A DNA stretch of 32,000 bases. Source: Desulfobulbus propionicus DSM 2032. GTDB taxonomy: Bacteria; Desulfobacterota; Desulfobulbia; Desulfobulbales; Desulfobulbaceae. The notes beneath the pieces were generated by a model, which made no database searches, was not told where the DNA came from, and saw only the letters and a list, made by a program, of their open reading frames with translations. The position numbers and the translations under genes are program-made. The stretch lies in the NCBI RefSeq assembly GCF_000186885.1, contig NC_014972.1, positions 2,940,001 to 2,972,000 on the forward strand. The letters run 5' to 3'. Of the stretch, positions 8,124-16,225 are shown piece after piece; position 1 is the first letter of the stretch; each line of letters begins with the position of its first letter.

Positions 8124-9428
8124 TTATTCTTCCTCGAGGATGCGGATTTTGACCACCGGTGCGGTCACGCTCGCCAACCGGTTGATCTCGTCCAGGGCCG
8201 CGCTCACCGCCGATTCCTTGGCGCTGTGGGTGACGATCACCACGGCGACGGCCCCGATCTTCTTGCGTCCCTTCTGAATAACCGATTCGATGCTGATCTC
8301 GTACTTGCTGAGAATCCCGGCAACGGTGGCGAGGACGCCCGGTTGATCAAGCACGGTGAGTCGGAAATAGTAGGGGCCGCACAATTCGTCCATGGGAGTG
8401 ATCCGTCGCGGCCGCATTGCTTCGGGCAGATAGGACAGGGCTGGCACCCGACCGATGGAATGACAGCGGATGTTGCGGGCGATATCGACCACATCGGCGG
8501 CCACCGCACTGCCGGTGGGGATGGAACCGGCCCCCAGACCGTAGAGCAGTACGTTGCCCACGGTGTCGCCATGAAAATGGATGGCGTTGTAGGCGCCATT
8601 GATCGAGGCCAGCAGGTGGCCCTGGGGGACCATGGTCGGGTGGACTCGTGCCTCGACGTGGTCACCGTGGTTACGGCTGATGGCCAGCAGCTTGATTCGA
8701 CAGCCGAGCTCGCGGGCCAGCTCGATGTCCATGGGCTCGATGCGCGAGATGCCCTCGGTGGCGATCTCGTGATGGGTGATCGGCATGCCGTAGGCCATGG
8801 TCATGAGAATGGCCAACTTATGGGCGGTGTCAATGCCCTCGACGTCATAGGTGGGGTCCGCCTCGGCAAAACCCAATTTCTGCGCGTCCTTGAGCACTTC
8901 GGCAAAAGGCATGCCCTCATCGGTCATGCGGGTCAGAATATAGTTGGCGGTGCCGTTCATGATGCCCATGATCGACAGAATCCGATTGGCCACCAGCCCC
9001 TCCTTGAGCGCCTTGATCACCGGGATGCCTCCGCCCACGCTGGCTTCGAACCCGACCTCGACGCCCCGCTTGGCGGCGGCGGCAAAGATCTCGGCGCCTT
9101 CCTGAGACAGCAGGGCCTTGTTGGCGGTGATCACATGTTTGCCATGGGCGATGGCCTCGAGGACAAAAGTCTTGGCCGGCTCGATGCCGCCGATCAGTTC
9201 GACGATGATGTCGATGTCTGGATCGTTGATCAGGGTCCGGGCGTCTTGGGTCAAGGGAATATCGCTAAACCGCTCTGGCAGGGCCGCGGTGCCATGATCG
9301 GCAATACCCGCCAGACGGATGGTCATGCCGGTTCGCCTGACCAGCCGTTCCCGCTGCGACAGCAGCACTTCCGCCAACCCTTTGCCCACCGTGCCAAAAC
9401 CGATCAGTCCGACTTTGATTTCCTTCAT
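8124..9428 (-). CDS. hom: homoserine dehydrogenase with C-terminal ACT domain (434 aa)
   Basis: MKEIKVGLIGFGTVGKG is the NAD(P) fold. Also present: ...VITANKALL..., ...EASVGGGIPVI... and ...MGIMNGTANYILT.... Track ORF trimmed from 9500 to ATG 9428, which has GGGGA upstream. Confidence 0.93.
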   Translation of the reverse strand: MKEIKVGLIGFGTVGKGLAEVLLSQRERLVRRTGMTIRLAGIADHGTAALPERFSDIPLTQDARTLINDPDIDIIVELIGGIEPAKTFVLEAIAHGKHVITANKALLSQEGAEIFAAAAKRGVEVGFEASVGGGIPVIKALKEGLVANRILSIMGIMNGTANYILTRMTDEGMPFAEVLKDAQKLGFAEADPTYDVEGIDTAHKLAILMTMAYGMPITHHEIATEGISRIEPMDIELARELGCRIKLLAISRNHGDHVEARVHPTMVPQGHLLASINGAYNAIHFHGDTVGNVLLYGLGAGSIPTGSAVAADVVDIARNIRCHSIGRVPALSYLPEAMRPRRITPMDELCGPYYFRLTVLDQPGVLATVAGILSKYEISIESVIQKGRKKIGAVAVVIVTHSAKESAVSAALDEINRLASVTAPVVKIRILEEE

Positions 9429-9790
9429 GCCCGTCCCCATCCGAAAAAAAAAGAGTAATTTTATGGGCCGATTTCTACCCGCTTTCCCGTTCCTTGTCAA
9501 AAACTATGCACCGCCAGACCACTCCTTCACCTCCACCGTCCCCTGGTCGCCCAGCCGCTCCGACCACCCGCCGCCATGGGGACCACGCGAAATAAACCTC
9601 TGTTTTCCTGATCTTTGCACCTCTCATCACTTTGCCTGATCCGAACTATCATTTTTCGTGGCGCATTCGGACAAGGTACAGTATATTCCCCAAGCTGATG
9701 AGGGATCATTCATTAATCGGCTCGTTATTTTGTCAATCATATAAAGATGTTACTCAACCATTCTTTGAACCAACCATGGAGGAATCCGGT

Positions 9791-10468
9791 ATGAACATCC
9801 TTACTTTCGGTCCGAACGGCAGCGGCAAAGGCACCCAGGGCGCCATCATCAAACAAAAATACGGCATCGACCACATCGAGTCCGGCGCCATCTTTCGCGA
9901 GCATATCAAGGGCGGCACCGAATTGGGCAAGAAAGCCAAGGCCTACATCGATCGCGGCGATCTGGTTCCCGACGAGATCACCATCCCCATGGTGCTCGAA
10001 ACCCTGGCCAAATCCAAGGACAAGGGCTGGTTGCTTGACGGCTTTCCCCGTTCGGTTGCCCAGGCAGAGGCTCTGGACAAGGCCCTGAAAGAGGCCGGCA
10101 TGAAACTGGACTACGTGGTCGAGATCGTTCTTGACCGTGAAATCGCCAAGGAGCGCATCATGGGCCGCCGCCTCTGCGCCAACGACAACAACCATCCCAA
10201 CCACATCGCCTTTGAGGCCATCAAGCCGGTGGAAAAAGACGGCAAACTCGTCTGCCGTGTCTGCGGTGGCGAGCTTTCCGCCCGCGCCGACGATCAGGAC
10301 GTGGACGCCATCGACAAGCGTCACAAGATCTATTACGATACCGAGACCGGCACCACGGCCGCGATCAACTATTTCAAGAAGCTGCCGGGCGGCGCTCCGG
10401 TGATTTCCGTTGACGGCTCCCTGGCCATCAAGGAAGTCTCCGAACTGATCATGAAGCAACTGCCGTAA
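9791..10468 (+). CDS. adk: adenylate kinase, long form with a metal-binding lid (225 aa)
   Basis: P-loop GPNGSGKGTQ and the lid CANDNNH...CRVCGG. Track ORF trimmed from 9632 to ATG 9791, with GGAGGA 7 nt upstream. Confidence 0.95.
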   Translation: MNILTFGPNGSGKGTQGAIIKQKYGIDHIESGAIFREHIKGGTELGKKAKAYIDRGDLVPDEITIPMVLETLAKSKDKGWLLDGFPRSVAQAEALDKALKEAGMKLDYVVEIVLDREIAKERIMGRRLCANDNNHPNHIAFEAIKPVEKDGKLVCRVCGGELSARADDQDVDAIDKRHKIYYDTETGTTAAINYFKKLPGGAPVISVDGSLAIKEVSELIMKQLP

Positions 10469-10493
10469 GCCATCGGTTGTTGTTCCTGTTCAT

Positions 10494-10532
10494 AAACGTT
10501 TCCGTACCTCTGGGTGCGGAAACGTTTTTTTG
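10494..10532 (+). terminator. rho-independent terminator after adk
   Basis: AAACGTTTCCG, then a 12-nt loop, then CGGAAACGTTT, followed by a T-run. Confidence 0.85.
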
Positions 10533-10568
10533 TTGGAGAGCGCCCCCTTTTCTTTTATGGTTGGCGGC

Positions 10569-11153
10569 ATGAAAACACTTATTTCGACCAATTTGGTCCA
10601 ATCGATCATGGCCAAGGAGGCCTTTGTCAAGGAATCGGTCGACGATATTCTCCTCCTGAGCGAGTGGATCCGGGAGGTGTTCGAGGATGGCGGCAAGCTG
10701 CTCATTTTCGGCAACGGTGGCAGCGCCGCCGATGCCCAACATCTGGCGGCCGAATTCGTCAACCGCTTTCTGATCAATCGCCGTCCCCTGCCCGCCCTGG
10801 CCCTGACCACCGACAGTTCGGTGCTCACCTCGATCGCCAACGATTTTTCCTATGAACTGGTTTTTGCCAAGCAAATTCAGGCGCTGGGCAAACCCGAGGA
10901 TCTGGCCCTGGGCATTTCCACCTCCGGCACTTCGGCCAATGTGGTCAAGGCCATGGAGGCTGCGCGCACCATCGGCATGAAAACCGTGGCCCTCACTGGC
11001 GGCACGGCCCGCCCCGGCGGTGACTTGGCCGCCATCTGCGATCTGGTGCTCAACGTCCCGTCCGATTCCACGCCGCATATCCAGGAAACCCACCTCTGGG
11101 TGGAACACCTGTTGTGTGAGATCGTTGAACGACAAATGTTCGCCTCTTCCTGA
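10569..11153 (+). CDS. gmhA: SIS-domain phosphoheptose isomerase (GmhA/DiaA family)
   Basis: LLIFGNGGSAADAQHLAAEF, ...ISTSGTSANV... and ...HLWVEHLLCE.... The start must lie after the adk terminator, so ATG 10569 is chosen. ATG 10557 is possible. Confidence 0.85.
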   Translation: MKTLISTNLVQSIMAKEAFVKESVDDILLLSEWIREVFEDGGKLLIFGNGGSAADAQHLAAEFVNRFLINRRPLPALALTTDSSVLTSIANDFSYELVFAKQIQALGKPEDLALGISTSGTSANVVKAMEAARTIGMKTVALTGGTARPGGDLAAICDLVLNVPSDSTPHIQETHLWVEHLLCEIVERQMFASS

Positions 11154-11192
11154 CCTGTTTGCTTTCTTTTCGTCTTTTTCCCGCATACGCCC

Positions 11193-12152
11193 ATGGCCGA
11201 CTATCCTCCGGTTCCCCTTGACTTCAGCGGACTGAACACCTATTCCGTGTATGGCCGCCACTCCAAGGTGAGTGTCGCCGATTTCGCTCATCCCCTCCAA
11301 CCGGGAATGACGGTGCGCCAGTTGCTGGCCGCCCTGCCCTCTCAACTGGCGGGAGTCGATTTCCCGGATCTGGTGCGGCGTATTGCCGTGGCGCATGAGC
11401 AGCAACGGCCGATCCTGCTGGGCATGGGTGCCCATGTGATCAAGGTGGGACTCAACCCCATCCTGATTGATCTGATGCGGCGGAGGATCATCACCGCTGT
11501 GGCCCTCAACGGCGCAGGCATCATCCATGACACGGAAATCGCCATGGTGGGCCGCACCTCGGAGGAGGTGGCCGATGTGCTCGGTGCCGGGGCCTTTGGC
11601 GCGGCCAAGGAAACCGGCGAGGTGCTCAACGGCGCCATCATCGACGGTGCCCGACGAGGCATCGGCATCGGCCAGGCGGTGGGCGAGATGTTGCTGGCCA
11701 ACGGCTTTCCCCACAACGACCAGAGCCTGCTCGCCATGGCGGCGCACCTCAAGATACCGGTGACGGTGCATGTGGCCATGGGCACGGATATCATCCACAT
11801 CCATCCCTCGGTGGACGGCGCGGCCATCGGCCAGGCCGGCCACCACGATTTCCGGGTGTTCTGCCGGCTGGTGAGCGAACTGGAAGGCGGCGTCTATCTC
11901 AATGTCGGCTCGGCCGTGCTCCTGCCCGAGGTTTTTCTCAAGGCCCTGACCGTGGTGCGCAACCTCGGCCACCAGGTCAAACAGTTCACCACCGCCAACT
12001 TCGATTTTATCCGCCATTACCGGCCGGCGACCAACGTGGTCCACCGCCCGACCCTGGAAGGCGGCAAGGGATTCAACTTCACCGGCCATCACGAGCTGTT
12101 GCTGCCGTTGCTGGCGGCGGCCGTCCTCGACGAAATTGACAACCATGGGTAA
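11193..12152 (+). CDS. conserved protein with deoxyhypusine-synthase-like sequence pattern; function unknown
   Basis: Clean 319-aa ORF with normal composition. LLGMGAHVIKVGLNPILIDLMRRRIITAVALNGAGIIHDTEIAM resembles the DHS-family pattern (Gly-rich strand, helix, then a TTxGxxxxD-like segment). By-eye assignment only. Confidence 0.55.
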   Translation: MADYPPVPLDFSGLNTYSVYGRHSKVSVADFAHPLQPGMTVRQLLAALPSQLAGVDFPDLVRRIAVAHEQQRPILLGMGAHVIKVGLNPILIDLMRRRIITAVALNGAGIIHDTEIAMVGRTSEEVADVLGAGAFGAAKETGEVLNGAIIDGARRGIGIGQAVGEMLLANGFPHNDQSLLAMAAHLKIPVTVHVAMGTDIIHIHPSVDGAAIGQAGHHDFRVFCRLVSELEGGVYLNVGSAVLLPEVFLKALTVVRNLGHQVKQFTTANFDFIRHYRPATNVVHRPTLEGGKGFNFTGHHELLLPLLAAAVLDEIDNHG

Positions 12153-12217
12153 AGACAGTATATGGCCGCTACCACTGAAACCGACATCGCAAGCCGCCAT
12201 CGCAACAGGACCGGTGC

Positions 12218-13177
12218 ATGAGAACATTGCTGCGCATAGGGACGCGCGCCAGCCTGCTGGCCGTGACCCAATCGACCTGGGTCAAGACCCAGATTGAACA
12301 GGCCCATCCGGGAACCCGGGTGGAGTTGGTGAAAATCACCACCAAGGGGGATCGCATCCTCGACGTGCCGCTGGCCAAGGTCGGCGGCAAGGGGTTGTTT
12401 GTCAAGGAGATCGAAGACGCCCTCCTGGCCGGTGAGGTCGACCTGGCGGTGCATTCGATGAAGGATGTGCCCACCGAACTGCCGGAGGGGTTGCACATCG
12501 GCGTCATTCCGGTGCGGGAAACGCCCTACGATGCCTTTCTCTCCAAGACATGCACCACGCTTGCCGATCTGCCGCAGGGCGCCACCATCGGCACCTCCAG
12601 CCTGCGGCGCAAATCACAGCTGATGGCGCTGCGGCCAGACCTGGACATCGTTGATCTGCGCGGCAACATCGACACCCGGCTACGCAAGCTCGATGAGGGC
12701 GTCTATGACGCCATCATTCTGGCCGGCGCCGGACTGCGGCGTCTGCACTTGGAACACCGGATCACGGCCCTGCTGGAACCCACGCAAATGCTGCCGGCCA
12801 TCAGCCAAGGAGCGCTGGGCATTGAACTGCGCCAGGATGACACCGAACTGGCCGACGGGCTGCGCTTCCTTCACCACGGAGAAACCGCCGTCGCCGTCGA
12901 GGCCGAACGCGCCTTTCTGCTGCGCCTGGAAGGCGGTTGCCAAGTGCCCATCGCGGCCCACGCCACGCTCGACAGCGGTTCGGTCACCCTGACGGGCCTG
13001 ATTGCCAGCGTCGATGGCCGGCAAATCCTCAAGGAAGCAACTACCGGCCCAGCCGAGCAGGCAGCACGCCTCGGTGCGCAATTAGCGCAAACCTTGCTTG
13101 ATCGAGGCGGCAAAGCCATTCTCGATGCGGTCTATTGCAGCGCATCAACGTCCCCCCATTCACCCCTTTCTGCCTGA
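12218..13177 (+). CDS. hemC: hydroxymethylbilane synthase (porphobilinogen deaminase)
   Basis: RIGTRASLLAVTQ, TTKGDRILD, GGKGLFVKEIE and AVHSMKDVP. Confidence 0.95.
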   Translation: MRTLLRIGTRASLLAVTQSTWVKTQIEQAHPGTRVELVKITTKGDRILDVPLAKVGGKGLFVKEIEDALLAGEVDLAVHSMKDVPTELPEGLHIGVIPVRETPYDAFLSKTCTTLADLPQGATIGTSSLRRKSQLMALRPDLDIVDLRGNIDTRLRKLDEGVYDAIILAGAGLRRLHLEHRITALLEPTQMLPAISQGALGIELRQDDTELADGLRFLHHGETAVAVEAERAFLLRLEGGCQVPIAAHATLDSGSVTLTGLIASVDGRQILKEATTGPAEQAARLGAQLAQTLLDRGGKAILDAVYCSASTSPHSPLSA

Positions 13178-13188
13178 ACACGCGACCA

Positions 13189-14769
13189 GTGACCACACAC
13201 CATTCCACCCCATCGTCCACCAACGGCAAAGTGTATCTCGTCGGGGCCGGCCCCGGCGATCCCGGCCTGATCACCCTGCGCGGCAAATACCTGCTCGAAC
13301 ACGCCGAAGTGGTCGTGTACGATTATCTGGCCAACCCCAAGCTGCTCAGCTATGTACCCAAGACCGCCCAGCTGATCTACGCCGGCAAGAAGGGCGGCGG
13401 CCTGCACGCCTTCACCCAGCAAGGGATCAACCGTCTGCTGGTCGATCATGCCCAACAGGGCAAGATGGTGGTCCGCCTCAAGGGTGGCGACCCCTTTATC
13501 TTTGGCCGTGGTGCCGAGGAGATCGAGGAGCTGGTCAGCGAGGGGATTGATTTCGAGGTGGTGCCGGGCGTTACCTCGGCCACCGCCGCCGCCACCTACG
13601 CGGGCATTCCCATCACCCACCGCGAGTACACCGCCTCGGTGGCCTTTGTCACCGGCCACGAGGATCCGACCAAGAAATTTTCCAACATCTCCTGGGAAAA
13701 ACTGGCCACCGGTGCGGGCACCATTGTCATTTACATGGGCATCAAGACCCTGCCGAGCATCACCCAAAAACTGATCGATCACGGCCGCTCACCGGACACC
13801 CCCGTAGCCGTGGTCCGCTGGGCCTCGACCCCGCAACAGCGCTCGGTGGTCGGCACCCTGGCCACCATCTGCGATGTGGTGGCCCAGGCGGATATCAAGC
13901 CGCCGGCCCTGGTGATCGTTGGCGAGGTGGTCAAGCTGCGCAGTACCATCGACTGGTTCGAGAAACGGCCGCTGTTCGGCCGGCGCATCGTGGTCACTCG
14001 CACCCGTGAGCAGGCCAGCGACCTCGTAGCCAAACTGGAGGAATACGGGGCCGAGTGTCTCGAATATTCGACCATTCATATCGAACCAGTGGCCGATTAC
14101 CGGGTCTTGGACCAAGCCCTTGCCGAGATCCACGCCTACGCATGGTTGCTGTTCACCAGCCTCAACGCGGTGACCTATTTCTTCCAGCGACTCTTTGTCC
14201 TTGGGCATGACAGCCGCCATCTGGCCGGAACGAAGATCGCCGTGGTCGGCAAGGCGACCGCCGAGGAGTTAAAGAAATACGGCCTCAAGGCTGACCTTAT
14301 CCCGGATAAATTCACAGGAGAAGGATTGGCCAAGGCCTTGGTCGAAACGGAGGTCAACGGCAGCCGCATCCTTCTGCCCCGAGCGCTCAAGGCCAGCGAC
14401 CTGTTACCGGAAACCTTGATCGACGCCGGCGCCGAGGTGACCATCGCCCCAGTGTACCAGAATGTGCCGCCTCAAGGGCGCAAGGAGGAATTGCGCGACC
14501 AGCTGGAGAGCGGTTCCATCGATCTGATCACCTTCACCAGCTCGTCCACGGTGACCAATTTCCTGGCCATGCTCGACGCGGGCAGCGACGAGGAACTGCA
14601 CCGGCTGATGGATGCGGTGCGCATTGCCGCCATCGGCCCGATCACCGCCGAAACGGTTCGAGAACACGGTCTGCGGGTGGATATCCAACCCGAACGCTAT
14701 ACCATCGACGACATGGTGCATGCGATTGTCGCCGCCTATCGGAATAAGCCGGGACAACCGCAGGACTGA
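13189..14769 (+). CDS. cobA: bifunctional uroporphyrinogen-III C-methyltransferase / uroporphyrinogen-III synthase (CobA-HemD fusion)
   Basis: N-terminal half: VYLVGAGPGDPGLITLRG..., ...LKGGDPFIFGRG... (SUMT). C-terminal half from RRIVVTRTREQASDL... is HemD-like. The start is uncertain. GTG 13189 lies 12 nt after the hemC stop. The track uses TTG 13135. Neither has a clear SD. Confidence 0.9.
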   Translation: MTTHHSTPSSTNGKVYLVGAGPGDPGLITLRGKYLLEHAEVVVYDYLANPKLLSYVPKTAQLIYAGKKGGGLHAFTQQGINRLLVDHAQQGKMVVRLKGGDPFIFGRGAEEIEELVSEGIDFEVVPGVTSATAAATYAGIPITHREYTASVAFVTGHEDPTKKFSNISWEKLATGAGTIVIYMGIKTLPSITQKLIDHGRSPDTPVAVVRWASTPQQRSVVGTLATICDVVAQADIKPPALVIVGEVVKLRSTIDWFEKRPLFGRRIVVTRTREQASDLVAKLEEYGAECLEYSTIHIEPVADYRVLDQALAEIHAYAWLLFTSLNAVTYFFQRLFVLGHDSRHLAGTKIAVVGKATAEELKKYGLKADLIPDKFTGEGLAKALVETEVNGSRILLPRALKASDLLPETLIDAGAEVTIAPVYQNVPPQGRKEELRDQLESGSIDLITFTSSSTVTNFLAMLDAGSDEELHRLMDAVRIAAIGPITAETVREHGLRVDIQPERYTIDDMVHAIVAAYRNKPGQPQD

Positions 14770-15157
14770 GCAACGCTGTCGCGGAATTCAGCTGCCCTCT
14801 TCCAAGGGAAAACGGTCGGCGGCAACCCGATCCGACCGTCAACCGGAGGAAAAGGAGAACATCGTCTGCGCCGTGTGCGGGGCAGCCATTACCCACCGTG
14901 ACCATGTCATCCGGGTCAACAACCGTCACGAACACGCCTTTTTCAACCCGACCGGCATTGCCTTCCTCATCCGTTGTTTCCACACGGCACCAGGCGTTGC
15001 CGTGTGGGCTGAACCGAGTACCGCGTTTACCTGGTTTCCGGGCTATTGTTGGCAGATTGTCCTTTGCGCCGCCTGTCAAAGCCACCTTGGCTGGCTTTTT
15101 TCACCGATGGCTGGCGGTCGATCCTTTTATGGCCTCATCGCCGACCGCCTGTCCTGA
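14720..15157 (+). CDS. cereblon-like CULT (thalidomide-binding-type) domain protein; domain spans 14861-15154; start codon unresolved
   Basis: CAVCGAAITHRDHVIRVNNRHEHAFFNPTGIAFLIRCFHTAPGVAVWAEPSTAFTWFPGYCWQIVLCAACQSHLGWLFSPMAGGRSFYGLIADRLS aligns almost without gaps to my recollection of Magnetospirillum MsCI4 and the human CRBN C-terminal domain. It has two CxxC pairs plus W/W/W/F cage residues. ATG 14720 is the only canonical start that keeps both CxxC pairs. Confidence 0.85.
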   Translation: MRLSPPIGISRDNRRTEQRCRGIQLPSSKGKRSAATRSDRQPEEKENIVCAVCGAAITHRDHVIRVNNRHEHAFFNPTGIAFLIRCFHTAPGVAVWAEPSTAFTWFPGYCWQIVLCAACQSHLGWLFSPMAGGRSFYGLIADRLS

Positions 15158-15345
15158 CCCATCACCCCGCCGGGTTCTCCTTCCGGCCGCCACACCGCAC
15201 CTGGGCCTGCAACGGGTGCGATTCGCTCTTTTTCAAGAATAAATCCAAACAACTACCCGTGATCCGCTCCGCCTTTTTTTCCATTGTTTTTCACAAGACA
15301 GAACAGTACATTATGTCCAGTTAACGTAGAAACCGAGCGACGGTC

Positions 15346-16053
15346 ATGCTTCCTCTCCTCCGACATTTCCTCCTTTTTGCCCTTGTGTTCGCGCTTGTCC
15401 CGCAGGCCGCAAGGGGAAGTGCGACTGAACGAGATCCGGCACCGAACGGTACCGCGTGGGATAACGCGGTGACCAGTCTATTGGCCGCCGGCATGTATGG
15501 TTTCGATGCGGATGCGCTTGACGGCCTGACCGTGCAGTTGCAACACTCCGACCACTTCGCTCCCGGCCTCAACCCCGGCAAGCATCAACTCGGCGGCCAG
15601 GCCATCACCTTTTCCTATGAAGGCTCGGCCGGCTTGCTCGAATTCTCGGCAGGCTATATTCTCTCGACCCAGCAGAATGGCACTGAACCGGGAACCGTCT
15701 TCATGAGTGTCGACCCTGGACTGAACAAGGACTTCGATCCCGGCCGCTCCTGGTTTCTCGCCCTCGATCTTTCCCGCTCCTACCAGATCGATGACGGCCT
15801 CTCCTTTAGCTTGGGCAACAGGGTCATGCTCCTCAACAACCCCTTCAACACCGAAGAGGGACAAATTTTTTCGCTGCTCTTCAACATGCCCATCTCCTAT
15901 AAAGATTATCTCACCATCACCCCGGAGTTCCACTGGTCCCGTCCTCTCTCCGATGCTGCCGGCAGCAACCAAGCCACGATCTCCGGAACCGATGAGAACC
16001 AGGGAAGCGACGGTACGTTCTATGGTGGTGTCTCCATCAAATTTTCGTACTGA
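15346..16053 (+). CDS. small outer-membrane beta-barrel protein (hypothetical)
   Basis: Signal peptide MLPLLRHFLLFALVFALVPQAARG. Alternating-hydrophobic strands (ITFSYEGSAGLLEFSAGYIL, SWFLALDLSRSY, LSFSLGNRVMLL). C-terminal GGVSIKFSY, an aromatic terminus. Confidence 0.6.
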   Translation: MLPLLRHFLLFALVFALVPQAARGSATERDPAPNGTAWDNAVTSLLAAGMYGFDADALDGLTVQLQHSDHFAPGLNPGKHQLGGQAITFSYEGSAGLLEFSAGYILSTQQNGTEPGTVFMSVDPGLNKDFDPGRSWFLALDLSRSYQIDDGLSFSLGNRVMLLNNPFNTEEGQIFSLLFNMPISYKDYLTITPEFHWSRPLSDAAGSNQATISGTDENQGSDGTFYGGVSIKFSY

Positions 16054-16225
16054 TTCCCCTTAGCCAACAGCGGCCCCTTCCGTGTTTTCCTTGACAGCGA
16101 ATGTTTTCCCTTTTCTTTTTGCGAAAAACGCAGGAAGCTAAAGAACTGTTGCACCATTGACAATCGTGAGCAATCTCGCTTCGCTTTCCCACTCATCCTT
16201 CAAACCAGAGACAGGAGCGCCCACA

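Noticed and set aside
7032-9458. 808-aa + strand ORF spanning two genes and an intergenic spacer
   Set aside because: It is antisense to the clearly recognisable hom and ApgM-like genes. Composition is His/Gly/Asp/Gln-rich and motif-free. It is a long stop-free antisense frame of the kind expected in high-GC DNA with GC-rich third positions.
10449-12227. 592-aa minus-strand ORF
   Set aside because: It is antisense to gmhA and the DHS-like gene, both of which have recognisable motifs or normal composition. It also crosses the adk terminator and two intergenic regions. Shadow ORF.
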